Positions 37,073 to 48,229 of a stretch of 64,000 bases of DNA are shown here, piece after piece (position 1 is the first letter of the stretch; each line of letters begins with the position of its first letter). Origin of the DNA: Limisphaerales bacterium (lineage in GTDB: Bacteria > Verrucomicrobiota > Verrucomicrobiia > Limisphaerales > JAJOIW01); contig CBFHOE010000004.1 in the NCBI GenBank assembly GCA_965657355.1, positions 6,072 through 70,071 of the forward strand. The letters run 5' to 3'. The notes under the pieces are model-generated. The model had not been told where the DNA came from. It saw nothing but the letters and a program-made list of their open reading frames with translations, and made no database searches. Position numbers and translations under genes: made by a program.

Positions 37073-39049
37073 TTATAAGACCTTCACTATATCCTTATTA
37101 TTTTCGGTATTGGTTATTTTAAATTGCTCTTGGAGCAGGTTTGAGTCCCCTTTGAAGCTGAGTTTTCCAAAATACTTTTTCTCCATATCGATGAGGAGTT
37201 GTTGATCTTCTCTCCGAAGTCTATCCAATACCTTTGGATGCACTGAGATTCGAAGTTGGAAATCGGTTTCATCCCTGCTTCTTTTCTTCAGTATCTCATT
37301 GAGTTTCCTTTGGATCTCAGCTGACATCGTTACTGGGCTTTTTACAATGCCTTTGCCTTGGCAGTTGCTGCATGTTTCATAGACTTTTGAGTGGACGCTC
37401 TCAGAATGCCTCTGACGAGTCATTTGCATAAGGCCTAACGCAGAAATAGGCAGCACGTGGGTTTTCGCTCTATCTTTTCTGAGGTGTTCTTTTACCTTTT
37501 TGTAAACTTCATTTTGATCTCTGCGCATTTTCATATCTATGAAGTCTAAAACTATAAGTCCTCCAATGTTTCGAAGCCTCAGCTGCCTACAAATTTCTTC
37601 TGCGGCTTCGAGGTTCACATTAAGCATAGTGCTGCTTTGATCTTTACCATTTTTGTGTCGGCCTGTGTTAACATCGACCGCGACGAGGGCTTCCGTCTCA
37701 TCAAAAACAATGTATCCACCGCTCTTCAAATGTACTTGCCGGGAAAAGGTGTTTTCAAGTTGCTTAGTGACATTATATCTATCAAAAACACTTTGATTTT
37801 CTTCGTAATGAATAATTTTGGAAGCCGAACGCTTAGAGATTTTTTCTATAAGTTCCTTGATTCTCGTATATTGTTCAGCATCGTCTACGACAATTTTGTT
37901 GACGTCATCTGTGAGGAAATCACGCACGGTTCTTCCAACTAAGTCCGGTTCTTGGTATACGCAGCAAGGAGCCTTAGACTTTTGGATAGACTTTTGGATC
38001 GAATTCCATTGTTCGATGAGCCAGGCTAGGTCTCGGACAAAATATCTTAATTTTTTCCCTTCTCCAGCTGTTCTCATGACGACCCCCATTCCATCAGGAA
38101 TATTGAGTTTATTGAGGATTTTCTTGAGCCTTTGCCGTTCTTCTTGGGATTCGATTTTTCGTGAAATACCACTTTGATCTGAGTTTGGAAGAAGAACCAA
38201 ATAGCGTCCGGGTATGGAAAGATTCGTAGTTACTCTTGGTCCTTTATTACCAATAGGCCCTTTGGTGACCTGTACGATAATTTCAGTTCCCGCAGGGTAA
38301 AGGTCAGGTATATCTTTCTGGGTAATTTTCTTTTTCTTCTTCTTTTTGTGTCGGTCTTTTTCACGCTCCACGATTTCGAAGTTTTTATCGAGATTGCTTG
38401 GAACTATATCCCAATAATGTAAGAAAGAATTTTTCTCCCAATTAATGTCAACGAAGGCTGCCTTCAAGCCGTCTTCCAAGTTTCTCACTACTCCCTTGTA
38501 AATGGAATGGGCCATTCTTAGAGAGTCTGTTCTTTCGATGTTGAATTCCTCTACTTTTCCTTCTTCAAGAATTGCGACCCGTGTCTCAAGTGATTCGACA
38601 TTAATAATGACGTCTGTTTCGGTTTCAACATTCCGAATAATCTTTTTAACTTTTTTAATGGCTTTGCTTGCGGAAGCCTTGACTTTATCCATTATTCCGG
38701 CTGACGCTTTGGCCTGCTTCTTGGCTAATTTTGCCTCGATGTCGTCAAAGTGCTCTTCTTTTTCAGGAACTCTTTCTTCGGATTTTTCCTCCTCTGCTAG
38801 TTCCTCGATCTGTTTGTCCCCAATATCTGGAGGGAGATCATGAGCTATGTTTTCTGATCTATTTATTTCATCTTCATGACGAGAAGGAGAAAATACAGGT
38901 TCGTCTCCAGAGCTTTGTTCCAGGACTTCTTGGCGTGCTTTCTCTGCGGCCTTTGTTGCTTTAGAGCCTAGACCTCTTCTCTTCGCGCCCTTATTGGGCT
39001 TGAAGCGATATGAGTTTTTTTTGCGGCTCGAATAACTTTTTGAATTCAT
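37073..39049 (-). CDS. Ribonuclease E/G family
   Basis: S1 domain (IYKGVV..AAFVD), QVTKGP.GNKGPRVT, VDVNTG, NIGGLIVLDFIDM, MTRQR, CxxC. Confidence 0.93.
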   Translation of the reverse strand: MNSKSYSSRKKNSYRFKPNKGAKRRGLGSKATKAAEKARQEVLEQSSGDEPVFSPSRHEDEINRSENIAHDLPPDIGDKQIEELAEEEKSEERVPEKEEHFDDIEAKLAKKQAKASAGIMDKVKASASKAIKKVKKIIRNVETETDVIINVESLETRVAILEEGKVEEFNIERTDSLRMAHSIYKGVVRNLEDGLKAAFVDINWEKNSFLHYWDIVPSNLDKNFEIVEREKDRHKKKKKKKITQKDIPDLYPAGTEIIVQVTKGPIGNKGPRVTTNLSIPGRYLVLLPNSDQSGISRKIESQEERQRLKKILNKLNIPDGMGVVMRTAGEGKKLRYFVRDLAWLIEQWNSIQKSIQKSKAPCCVYQEPDLVGRTVRDFLTDDVNKIVVDDAEQYTRIKELIEKISKRSASKIIHYEENQSVFDRYNVTKQLENTFSRQVHLKSGGYIVFDETEALVAVDVNTGRHKNGKDQSSTMLNVNLEAAEEICRQLRLRNIGGLIVLDFIDMKMRRDQNEVYKKVKEHLRKDRAKTHVLPISALGLMQMTRQRHSESVHSKVYETCSNCQGKGIVKSPVTMSAEIQRKLNEILKKRSRDETDFQLRISVHPKVLDRLRREDQQLLIDMEKKYFGKLSFKGDSNLLQEQFKITNTENNKDIVKVL

Positions 39050-39055
39050 AATTTA

Positions 39056-40264
39056 CTAATACTTTCTGCGATACGCATAGACGTTTTGGAGTAAGCCTGC
39101 CGCGATAAGGGCTGAGATGCCCGCAGATCCTCCATGACTGAGTATTGGGAGTGGGAGCCCGGTAACAGGTGTTAATCCCACATTCATCCCAATGTTTATA
39201 AAAATCTGACTGAACCACAAAGTTGTGATTCCTACAGCCAGGAACTTACCTTGGCGATCGCGTGCCAAGCCAGCCACACGAAGACCGGAAATTAACAATA
39301 TTGCATATAGGGAGAGGACGAAAATACTCCCCATGAATCCGTGTTCTTCCGCTATGACTGAGAAAATAAAATCATTATGTGCAACGCTATTGGGGAGATA
39401 CCCGAGTTTGATTTGTGTGCCTTGTCTCCATCCTTTGCCCGTTAAACCACCAGACCCCACTGAAATCTTGGCCTGGTTAACATTATACGAATCATTAAAT
39501 TGTTCAATTTTTAGGCGCCTGCGTTCTTCTGGTCCGGCATTTTTAGGCGCGTAGTCTACCCCAAAATAAACCATCAATCTCTTCTTTTGGTAATCCTCAA
39601 GTTTGATTACTTGGAATTGTGGGGGCATGTAGAGCACTTCAACTATCAGAAAAACAAAGATCAACGCCACTGCCCCGAAAAAATTTAAAAGGTATTTTAA
39701 AGGTATACCACCAACGTACATCATGGCGATTCCCACGGGAAATAAAACAATAGACGAGCCCAGGTCCGGCTCCTTTAGTATCAAAAGGAAAGTCACCCCG
39801 ATAATGCCTAAGCAGGTGAAGAAGGTTTTTCTGCTTTTGAGGTCGAGCTTTGGCCTGCTCAGAAAAAAACCTAAAGCAATGATCATTGTAAGCTTGGCAA
39901 ATTCAGACGGCTGAACCTGTACGATCCCAAGATCAAGCCACCGCCTTGCCCCATTTATTTTGACTCCGACCCCAGGGAGTAAAACTAGTATTAATAGGAA
40001 CAGAGAAAAGGCATATAATGGGTAGGCCCACCTCGAGATATCTCCATAGTCAATGACGCACAACCATCCAGCCAAGATGCAGCCAAGTGTTAAATAAATC
40101 ATTTGGCTGCTTGTAATTGATTCATCTCCGGAGGTTGCGCTAAAAATAGAAGTTAATCCTACTGTTGCTAGAAGCAGAATAGTGGCCCACATAAACCAAA
40201 GTACTCTTCCGACTTTAGCATTTACATTGGAAGTCGCTTGAATTTTTAGCGTGTTGCTTATCAT
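39056..40264 (-). CDS. rodA: Rod shape-determining SEDS glycosyltransferase RodA
   Basis: GARRW, QPSEFAK, EPDLGS, GSGG..GKG, HNDFIFS..EE, PVTGLPLP; follows pbp2. Confidence 0.93.
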   Translation of the reverse strand: MISNTLKIQATSNVNAKVGRVLWFMWATILLLATVGLTSIFSATSGDESITSSQMIYLTLGCILAGWLCVIDYGDISRWAYPLYAFSLFLLILVLLPGVGVKINGARRWLDLGIVQVQPSEFAKLTMIIALGFFLSRPKLDLKSRKTFFTCLGIIGVTFLLILKEPDLGSSIVLFPVGIAMMYVGGIPLKYLLNFFGAVALIFVFLIVEVLYMPPQFQVIKLEDYQKKRLMVYFGVDYAPKNAGPEERRRLKIEQFNDSYNVNQAKISVGSGGLTGKGWRQGTQIKLGYLPNSVAHNDFIFSVIAEEHGFMGSIFVLSLYAILLISGLRVAGLARDRQGKFLAVGITTLWFSQIFINIGMNVGLTPVTGLPLPILSHGGSAGISALIAAGLLQNVYAYRRKY

Positions 40265-42294
40265 GGAAAGGAATGTTCTCCTTCCTGTGTTGACCCATTG
40301 AGTGTTAATGAGGAGTCCTGTGTTTGCTCATGCCCTAAATTCTTATGAAAAGCAGAAGGATATTTTTTCAAAATGCTGAGATAAACTTCTCTTGCAATTG
40401 GGGCGCATGTTTTACCTCCGGAGCCTGAGAAATCATTTTCTGCCATCACGACCACAATAAATTTTGGGTCTTCAATGGGTGCCATTGAGGCAAACCAAGT
40501 AGTCTTGTTATTGCTCGATTCAGCTGTTCCTGTTTTTCCACCGATGCTCATGCCTTTTACAAATGCTTTTCGACCCGTGCCGTCATTGTCCTCCACATCG
40601 GCAAGCATAGCTTTTTTGAGATAATTGACCGACCTTTCTTTTAGTTTAATTGATCCCAGAGTTTTGTTTTCAAAATATATATGTTCGGATTTATTTTTAT
40701 CCTTTTCAGATTTCTGAATTGAAGTTACCAGCCTTGGCATAGGGATATAACCATTATTTGCAATGCAACTCATCATTTGAGCGATATGCACCGGAGTTAA
40801 TGCTATTTCGCCTTGGCCGATAGCTAGATTAGCTGTCCTGCCAGCTGTCCATCTCATTCCTCTTCGCGCGATATACTCGTCTGTCGGGATAATTCCTGAG
40901 GCGGATTGGAGGAGGGGAAGGTCGATGGGCTTGTGAAATCCGAATGATTTGCTCAATTCAATTATCGCTTTTCTACCTATGTCCAACCCGTGATCAACAA
41001 AATAATAATTACTAGATCTTTTGAATGCCTTTATAAAATCATATTCGCCCGCTGCTGCCGTATCTCGGATCCTTATTTGATTCGGTCGTTGCCCTTGCAC
41101 GAAGACCCATTGTGTTGAAATGGCAGTATCAGGGTCGAATTCTTCAGATTCGAGTAAAGCCAAAGCGACGGCTATTTTAAATATTGACCCGGGCTGATAC
41201 CTTTCTGCGTGACTTCGATTTCTTAATTTTTTCAAACCACGATCATGAGGCGGATTAATTTTTTCCCATTCCTGATGCGATATCCTAGGAATAAATTGAT
41301 TAGGATCATAACCGGGAACAGAGGCCAAAGCTAATAAGTCACCGTTTTTGCTATTCATAACAACAACGGCTCCTCTTCTGTTTTTATCTGATTTTGACAA
41401 GGCTTCTTGAGCAGCTCTTTGAATATCGGAATCTATCGAGAGGTGAAGGTCATTTCCCGGTGTCGGCTCAATGGTGATGTTCTCGCTGGTTCTGTAGCCA
41501 AGATAATTGACCGTGATGTTTTTGACTCCGGGCTTTCCTTTTAATTCCTCTTCAAAGAATCCTTCTAAACCAGCAACTCCTTTATAATCTTGGAGTTGGT
41601 ATTTTGTTTCTATTTTATCACCATCTTCTTTCGTATTCCGCCTGCGAATCATATAACCAAGTGTTTGGCTGGCTAAACTCCCTTGGGGATATGTCCGCAT
41701 AGGTTGGATATCTATCTCAAACCCAGGGGGAATATTGACTGATTCCAAAAACTTGGTCGCCTGAGCGAGCGAAATGTCTGACATTACGGCGAGCGGCATT
41801 GATAACTGGCGATGGTAATGGTTTTCAAATTCTTTTTCCGAAATAGAGATGTCCTCTCCCATGATTTGGCCCAGTTGACTGAGAAGCCGCTGTATCACAT
41901 TGTATCGTGCCCTCTTATTTATTTGGTTTATTTCTCCTAAGGTGAGCCTTCTTTCTATCCCTTCAGCAGAGGCAATTTTATTAAGGAACTCTTTTTTTAC
42001 GGGATAGTATTCTTTTTGGTAAAGCCCTCTGAGCTCTTCCAGGTACAAATTAATAGTGAAGCTTGGTCTGTTTTCTGCCAGAGAATTTCCTTCTTTATCC
42101 AAGATTTTCCCACGGACTGAAGGCAGTCTCACAGAAACACTATATTGTTTCTGCATTTGTTTTTCATACTCATCCCTATCGACAACTTGGACATTCCAGA
42201 TCCCTACAACTAAAATCAGAAGACAAGTGGCCATGCCCATTGCAAGAAGCAATAGTTTCTTATCCAGTGTCGGGTTGTCCTCTAAACTTCTCAT
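40261..42294 (-). CDS. mrdA: Penicillin-binding protein 2 (class B)
   Basis: N-terminal TM; SxxK (PGSIFK), SxN (SSN), KTG (GKTGTA); within the mre operon. Confidence 0.92.
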   Translation of the reverse strand: MRSLEDNPTLDKKLLLLAMGMATCLLILVVGIWNVQVVDRDEYEKQMQKQYSVSVRLPSVRGKILDKEGNSLAENRPSFTINLYLEELRGLYQKEYYPVKKEFLNKIASAEGIERRLTLGEINQINKRARYNVIQRLLSQLGQIMGEDISISEKEFENHYHRQLSMPLAVMSDISLAQATKFLESVNIPPGFEIDIQPMRTYPQGSLASQTLGYMIRRRNTKEDGDKIETKYQLQDYKGVAGLEGFFEEELKGKPGVKNITVNYLGYRTSENITIEPTPGNDLHLSIDSDIQRAAQEALSKSDKNRRGAVVVMNSKNGDLLALASVPGYDPNQFIPRISHQEWEKINPPHDRGLKKLRNRSHAERYQPGSIFKIAVALALLESEEFDPDTAISTQWVFVQGQRPNQIRIRDTAAAGEYDFIKAFKRSSNYYFVDHGLDIGRKAIIELSKSFGFHKPIDLPLLQSASGIIPTDEYIARRGMRWTAGRTANLAIGQGEIALTPVHIAQMMSCIANNGYIPMPRLVTSIQKSEKDKNKSEHIYFENKTLGSIKLKERSVNYLKKAMLADVEDNDGTGRKAFVKGMSIGGKTGTAESSNNKTTWFASMAPIEDPKFIVVVMAENDFSGSGGKTCAPIAREVYLSILKKYPSAFHKNLGHEQTQDSSLTLNGSTQEGEHSFP

Positions 42295-42305
42295 CCTGTT
42301 TTGGT

Positions 42306-42851
42306 TTAGCGCCTTTCGATTTCTCTCATTTCCGATTCACGATAATGGGCTGCAGGTTTGAATTCTAATTGAGCAATTATAAAATCCATCAGATTTTTAA
42401 AAGGTTGTGATAGCAGGCCTATGACCAAACCTGATAGAGCAACGGAGAGTATGAATCTCCAACCAGTAACTGGAGATTCGCCGAATAAAAGCAACAGAAT
42501 AACTGTCAGGCAGGGGTAGAGGCTTCCGGTTATAAACCCCGAAGAAAAATTGGACAGCCACGGCTTCCCAATAAGAGCTTTCCTAGTCTTCATTGATAGC
42601 GCGTTGCATGCGATTAGGGTGAGGATGGAAAGTCCAAGCGGATTCATTGAGAGGCTATCCACCCAGAGACCGACAATAACACAATATATCCAACTGATCT
42701 CTGAAAGCTTTCTTGTCGATGAATAGATAATAGCGAGTGCCGGGAATTGAATATATCCGTGAATCCAAAATCCAATGGAATGAAAACTAATTTGGAGGCA
42801 AACTAGGAAATAAGCGGCAAGAAGGATGGTCAACAATTCGAATTTTTTCAT
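42306..42851 (-). CDS. mreD: Rod shape-determining protein MreD
   Basis: Small multi-TM protein, GLWVDSLS.NPLG, between mreC and pbp2. Confidence 0.8.
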   Translation of the reverse strand: MKKFELLTILLAAYFLVCLQISFHSIGFWIHGYIQFPALAIIYSSTRKLSEISWIYCVIVGLWVDSLSMNPLGLSILTLIACNALSMKTRKALIGKPWLSNFSSGFITGSLYPCLTVILLLLFGESPVTGWRFILSVALSGLVIGLLSQPFKNLMDFIIAQLEFKPAAHYRESEMREIERR

Positions 42852-42852
42852 A

Positions 42853-43656
42853 TTACTGAGCCCTGATTACCCACACATTTTCAACTGAGCCCAGTCGGAC
42901 TGCTAGTTTAATTTTTGCCTGCTTATATTGCCCGTTGCCTACAGATTCACTATCAATGACCTGTCCAATTTTGATTCCTTTGGGAATTCTTTCGCCAAGA
43001 CCGCTCGAAATAACCCAGTCTCCTTGCTTGGGGGAGGAGTAGCTTGGTAGATAATCCATATCCACGATTAAAGGGTTCGCTCTGCTGGAATGGTTTATCT
43101 GAATGATGCCAGCATCCCCAGAAATGAGCATTGCCCCAATTCGACATTTTTCGTCGCCTATGAGCTGAACTTTCGAGAACCCATTTTGGACCTCCAATAT
43201 CTTACCTATCAATCCGCTGCCGGTAATTACTGGCATTCCTGGAGAGATTTCATCCTTACTGCCCAAATCAATATTTACAGTGCGCCACCAGCTAACAGGG
43301 TCACGAAAAATAACTCTCCCAGCTATTAAATCCCAATCGGAGTATTCCGGGATATTAATCAAACTCGAAATCTCATTCAGGCTTCTCTTCAGCTCATCGA
43401 ATTCCTGGACTTTAATCCTCTCTATGGCGAGTTGGCCCTCAAGTCTCTTTATTTTTTGCCGGAGTTCCTTTGGAGATTGAGTTCGAATTGTGGTCTCATT
43501 AACCGACTTCTCCACACTTCTCTTGGCGTTAAAAAACGGAAGGAAAAATCCCGAACTTAGATTTTTTATCTTCTTAGAGGGCCCTGAAGGGACAAGAAGA
43601 AGCCCCGCACCAATGAGCACTGATGCTACTAATAAAATAGCTTTTGACTTTTTCAT
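42853..43656 (-). CDS. mreC: Rod shape-determining protein MreC
   Basis: TM plus coiled coil, IDLGSKD..PGMPV, GLIG, SGLG..PKGIKIG. Confidence 0.9.
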   Translation of the reverse strand: MKKSKAILLVASVLIGAGLLLVPSGPSKKIKNLSSGFFLPFFNAKRSVEKSVNETTIRTQSPKELRQKIKRLEGQLAIERIKVQEFDELKRSLNEISSLINIPEYSDWDLIAGRVIFRDPVSWWRTVNIDLGSKDEISPGMPVITGSGLIGKILEVQNGFSKVQLIGDEKCRIGAMLISGDAGIIQINHSSRANPLIVDMDYLPSYSSPKQGDWVISSGLGERIPKGIKIGQVIDSESVGNGQYKQAKIKLAVRLGSVENVWVIRAQ

Positions 43657-43727
43657 GCCTGCGATAAATATCCAATCCAATCTGAATTGAAGTCACCAGC
43701 TGGCCTGAAGATTTTATTTAGTGATAA

Positions 43728-44750
43728 TCAACTTCCCTGAGTTGCCCCGTTAATCAAGTCTAATTGGCTCAAGATTCTTCCAGTTCCTTCGGCCACGCCA
43801 GTCAAAGGGTCATCAGCAATGTGTACTGGTAATCCCGTTTCTTGACTAATTAGCCGGTCTATTCCACGAAGTAGGGCACCACCACCAGCCACAACGATTC
43901 CTCGATCAACAAGATCAGCCGAAAGTTCTGGTGGGCACCGCTCCAATGTGATGCGGATGGATTCTAAAATACTCGATAAAGGTTCTCTCAGGGCATCACG
44001 AATTTCTTCAGACCTAACCACAATGGTTTTAGGCAGGCCGGCACCTAAATCCCGGCCTTTGACTTCAATGCTGAGTTCTTCTTCAAGCGGGAATGCTGAG
44101 CCAATGGACTTTTTAATGTCTTCCGCGGTCCTCTCTCCAATCATCAAATTGTAGGCTCGCTTAAGATACGCAATAATGGTTTGGTCGAATTCATCACCAC
44201 CGACCCTGAGACTTCTGCTGAATACTATTCCCGCAAGCGATATGACTGCAATTTCACAGGTTCCGCCTCCGATATCGACGATCATATTTCCTGCTGGTTC
44301 CTGAACCGGCAATCCAACACCTATCGCCGATGCCATAGGTTGCTCCACAAGAATGACATCGCGAGCTCCCGCACGCGTTGCGCTGTCTTGCACGGCACGC
44401 TTTTCAACTTCAGTTATGCCAGAGGGAACAGCAACAACAACTCTCGGTGGAATCAATTTCCGGTTTTGAACTTTCTGGATAAAATATCGGAGCATAGATT
44501 CGGTAATCTCAAAATCTGCTATAACTCCGTCTTTCATCGGCCTGATTGCCACGATGTTACCAGGTGTCCTACCCAACATCCGTTTGGCTTCCTCTCCAAC
44601 TGCAAGAACATTATTTGTGTTCTTCTGGACCGCCACCACACTCGGCTCTCTTAGTACAATACCGTTGTCTTTAACATAGACCAAGGAATTGGCTGTTCCT
44701 AAGTCGATGCCGACATCATTTGAAAAAAGTCTCTTTATTTTCTCAAGCAT
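43728..44750 (-). CDS. mreB: Actin-like MreB
   Basis: [33 protein letters not shown]. Confidence 0.97.
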   Translation of the reverse strand: MLEKIKRLFSNDVGIDLGTANSLVYVKDNGIVLREPSVVAVQKNTNNVLAVGEEAKRMLGRTPGNIVAIRPMKDGVIADFEITESMLRYFIQKVQNRKLIPPRVVVAVPSGITEVEKRAVQDSATRAGARDVILVEQPMASAIGVGLPVQEPAGNMIVDIGGGTCEIAVISLAGIVFSRSLRVGGDEFDQTIIAYLKRAYNLMIGERTAEDIKKSIGSAFPLEEELSIEVKGRDLGAGLPKTIVVRSEEIRDALREPLSSILESIRITLERCPPELSADLVDRGIVVAGGGALLRGIDRLISQETGLPVHIADDPLTGVAEGTGRILSQLDLINGATQGS

Positions 44751-44794
44751 TCACACTTGACCCGTTAAACTTCATGATCCAAGTTTGAAGCAGA

Positions 44795-45715
44795 GTGGTC
44801 AAGCAATTATCACAAACAGTTAACAGTGTGTATGTGTGTGTGCGTCTTTTATTCTTGGTCGTCACATTCAGCTTATTGGTATTTCCTTCCAGTTCATTTG
44901 GTTATACGGATTCGACGTCGACTTTCGATGATTTCCTCAGATTTGTCGAATTGGAGAATAAAAGAGGAAAAGTTGAAACCAGCATAATCACATACACTAA
45001 CACAAAAGGAACGTCGGTGGATCTCATAGGCGTCGTTCATATTGGAGAAAAGGATTATTACCAGGCCCTGGAAGATCATTTTGAAAAAATGGACGCCCTG
45101 CTATATGAAATGGTCAAACCTAAAAACTCAAACCCAGAAGAGCTTCGTAAATCGAAAAGCAGGGTGAGTAGTTTACAGAGATTTTTGAAGAATACTTTAC
45201 GATTGGAATTTCAATTGGACGTCATCGATTACAATAAGAAAAATTTTATTCATGCTGACATGACGCCCACCTCGTTTTCAAAGGCCCAAGAAAAGCAGGG
45301 GGAATCCCTTTTGGGGCTCTTGTTTGAGTCTGCAATGGGTCAGCAGGCTGCCATGACGCCTGGCGATGCTGTCAGGGAAAATCTTCGATTTTTAGCAGCT
45401 CTGACAAATCGAAACAGGAACCACGCATTAAAAATGTTTCTGGGTCGACAACTGGGTGAAATGGAAAAAGCTGTCTTGGGCTTTGGTAATGGCGACAAAA
45501 CTGGTGAGGATTCTGGAACAGTACTTCTCGAAGGTCGCAATAAAGTGGCGATTAAAACGCTTCGTCGAACTATCAGGCGAAATAATTTTAAAAGAATTGG
45601 CATTTTTTATGGTGCCGCACACATGCCTGATATGGAAAAAAGGTTGTTGAAAATGGGTTTCAAAAAACAAAGAACTCAGTGGCTTGTGGCTTGGGATATG
45701 ACTCAAGCTGAATAA
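44795..45715 (+). CDS. Exported hypothetical protein (TraB/GumN-like)
   Basis: Signal peptide; VDLIGVVHIG..YY, LYE, RN, IFYGAAHM; start codon uncertain. Confidence 0.55.
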   Translation: MVKQLSQTVNSVYVCVRLLFLVVTFSLLVFPSSSFGYTDSTSTFDDFLRFVELENKRGKVETSIITYTNTKGTSVDLIGVVHIGEKDYYQALEDHFEKMDALLYEMVKPKNSNPEELRKSKSRVSSLQRFLKNTLRLEFQLDVIDYNKKNFIHADMTPTSFSKAQEKQGESLLGLLFESAMGQQAAMTPGDAVRENLRFLAALTNRNRNHALKMFLGRQLGEMEKAVLGFGNGDKTGEDSGTVLLEGRNKVAIKTLRRTIRRNNFKRIGIFYGAAHMPDMEKRLLKMGFKKQRTQWLVAWDMTQAE

Positions 45716-45807
45716 ATTAAGATGTGGTGCGACAGGTTCTTTTAAGTATGAAAATGCTATTTTTAAATTTCACTCTGTATATACAAGGGTTGCAATAACC
45801 CAACTTA

Positions 45808-46692
45808 TTGCAAGAATATGCATCGATGTTGTTCCTGCCTCCAAGAAAATCAGAGGGTTTCGAGTTAGTAGGGGTTATTCTACTTTCTGTCGTTGCTCTG
45901 ACTATCATATCGTGCGGTATTCAAACCGATCCAGAAGAAAACAGTAATCCCAAAATTAAGCCACTCAAAGTTGGGATGGAACTGGCATATCCCCCATTTG
46001 AAATGGTTGACGATAAAGGCTCTCCCAGCGGGGTCAGCGTTGAAATCGCTAAAAGTTTAGCCAAGGATCTTGGAAGGCCATTAGAAATACAAAATATCGA
46101 GTTTTCCGGTCTCATAGAATCCTTGAGATCTGGAAAAATTGATATCATTATTTCATCGCTAACTGCTACAGACCGAAGAAGGCGGGTTATTGATTTTTCG
46201 AATGGTTATGTCTCAACCGGTCTTTGTTTACTTCTTTCAAATGAAAACGCTTCGCAATTATCCATCGAAAATTTGAATGATGCAAAATACACTGTTGCCG
46301 TTAAACGAGGGACCACAGGACATGTATTTGCCGACAGCTCTTTAGGTTTAGCCAAGGTAAGGGTTTTAGAAAATGAAGACGCCTGTGTTTTGGAGGTTAT
46401 TCAAGGAAAAGCTGACGCATTTATATACGACCAAATGTCGGTTTTTCGGCATTGGAACAAAAATAGGAAAACGACAAAAGCCAATTTGAAACCATTTCAG
46501 CAAGAATTTTGGTCCATTGGCATTGCCAAAAATCGAAGCGATTTGAAAGACAGGATCAACACGTTTCTTGGCAAATACAATTCTTCTGGGGGATTCGATG
46601 ATCTCGCAGATCGATTTTTGCCAGATGAAAAAGCAGCCTTTGAAGAGTTAGGGTATCCATTTATTTTCCAGATATCTGGCGCAGCTCAATGA
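45808..46692 (+). CDS. Polar amino-acid ABC transporter substrate-binding lipoprotein
   Basis: Lipobox-like IISC; VGMELAYPPFE, GKID, DFS..Y, GTTG; start uncertain. Confidence 0.9.
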   Translation: MQEYASMLFLPPRKSEGFELVGVILLSVVALTIISCGIQTDPEENSNPKIKPLKVGMELAYPPFEMVDDKGSPSGVSVEIAKSLAKDLGRPLEIQNIEFSGLIESLRSGKIDIIISSLTATDRRRRVIDFSNGYVSTGLCLLLSNENASQLSIENLNDAKYTVAVKRGTTGHVFADSSLGLAKVRVLENEDACVLEVIQGKADAFIYDQMSVFRHWNKNRKTTKANLKPFQQEFWSIGIAKNRSDLKDRINTFLGKYNSSGGFDDLADRFLPDEKAAFEELGYPFIFQISGAAQ

Positions 46693-47507
46693 ATGGCAAG
46701 TTGAAAGAATGGTTTCTTCTTCCTAGAAGTGCTGGAGGGACCTCAGACGCTATGAGTGCAAAAAAATCTGCATTCATACAATCCATTTATACGGTGCTAT
46801 GCATAATTTTAGGTGGTGCCATTCTCTTTGGGTTTTTATTTTTAAGCAACAGGGAGTGGGAGTGGGAAAGTGTATTGGATTACAAAAACCTTTTCATCAA
46901 AGGGTGGTTCATCACTCTTGGAGTATCTTTTTTTAGCCTTTTGATAAGTTTCATGCTTGGGGCCTTGCTTGCTTATTTTCAAATGAGCCGATGGAGAATC
47001 TTTAGAGCATTGGGAAAGGTGGTTGTTGAATTTTTTCGTGGCACTCCATTACTCGTTCAAATCATGTTCTTTTTCTATGTTGTTGCTGATGGACTTGGAA
47101 TCGGCAACAGGTATGTTGTTGGGGTTCTCACACTTTCATTGTATGCTGGTACCTACATCGCTGAAATACTGCGAGGTGGTATCCAGTCAGCTGGTAAAGC
47201 TCAAATGCTAGCATCCACGGCTATTGGGATGACCCAGTTTGAGAGTTATCGCTACATCATTATTCCTCAAACTATTAGAGCTGTTCTTCCATCATTAGCA
47301 GGCCAATTTGTTGCTCTGATAAAAAACTCATCTTTATTGAGCGTAATAGCAGTGGAAGAATATACCTATGTCGCTCGCTCTGTGAATTCAATTACATACA
47401 GTACTTTGGAAAGTTATCTCCCACTACTCTTTGGATACTTTATTCTTACTTTAGCTGTCTCCTTATTAAGTAAATGGATAGAAAAAAAATTACAATATGA
47501 GAATTGA
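46689..47507 (+). CDS. Polar amino-acid ABC transporter permease
   Basis: FRGTPLLVQ, AEILRGGI, IIIPQ, KNSSL. Confidence 0.92.
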   Translation: MNGKLKEWFLLPRSAGGTSDAMSAKKSAFIQSIYTVLCIILGGAILFGFLFLSNREWEWESVLDYKNLFIKGWFITLGVSFFSLLISFMLGALLAYFQMSRWRIFRALGKVVVEFFRGTPLLVQIMFFFYVVADGLGIGNRYVVGVLTLSLYAGTYIAEILRGGIQSAGKAQMLASTAIGMTQFESYRYIIIPQTIRAVLPSLAGQFVALIKNSSLLSVIAVEEYTYVARSVNSITYSTLESYLPLLFGYFILTLAVSLLSKWIEKKLQYEN

Positions 47508-48228
47508 GGTCAAAAATATTAGCATCCAATACCATGTTCAAAAGGTTCTCAATGAGGTGTCTTTGATCATAAAAGAGGACAGGATTTCGTGGATCATAGG
47601 AGCTTCTGGAAGTGGTAAATCAACGCTCATGAGAATTCTTGCAGGCCTTGAGTTGCCTTCGAGTGGAGAGCTAGTTGTTGATGGGGTGGTGCTGCCGAAT
47701 GATGAACGTGCTAGAATCTCTTTTCGAAAATCCATCTCAATAGTTTTTCAACAATCCAATCTATTTAAACATTTGAATGCCATTGAAAATATCGCATTGC
47801 CGCTTGAGGTGGTTCATGGTTGGGAGAGAAAAGCAGCCATTGAACATGCACACAGTTTATTGAAAGACTTTGCCCTGGATGGGCACGAGAAAAAATACCC
47901 ATCTCAGCTGTCTGGTGGGCAACAGCAAAGGGTCGCTATTGCTAGGGCCCTTTCGACAAACCCGAAAATCGTTTTCCTTGACGAGCCAACATCTGCTCTC
48001 GATCAGGAGCGATCAGTAGAAGTTCTTGATGCCATACAAAAACTTCATGCCCAGGGTGTTCCCATGGTTTTTGTGACTCATGAATTGAGGTTCGCCAGGT
48101 CTATTGGCGGAGACGTTTACTATTTAAAAGACGGAAAAGTAATGGAATCAGGTCCGTCTGATAAAATACTGGAATCCCCCGAAACGACCGGATTGAAAAA
48201 TTTTATTAGATTTATAGATCGGTATTAA
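47497..48228 (+). CDS. Polar amino-acid ABC transporter ATPase
   Basis: GASGSGKST, LSGGQQQR, LDEPTSALD, VTHE. Confidence 0.92.
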   Translation: MRIEVKNISIQYHVQKVLNEVSLIIKEDRISWIIGASGSGKSTLMRILAGLELPSSGELVVDGVVLPNDERARISFRKSISIVFQQSNLFKHLNAIENIALPLEVVHGWERKAAIEHAHSLLKDFALDGHEKKYPSQLSGGQQQRVAIARALSTNPKIVFLDEPTSALDQERSVEVLDAIQKLHAQGVPMVFVTHELRFARSIGGDVYYLKDGKVMESGPSDKILESPETTGLKNFIRFIDRY

Positions 48229-48229
48229 A

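Noticed and set aside
44826..44843. (TG)5 tract near the start of the TraB-like gene as a phase-variation switch
   Set aside because: Too short, and in-frame GTG starts exist within it, including at its 3' end (44840).
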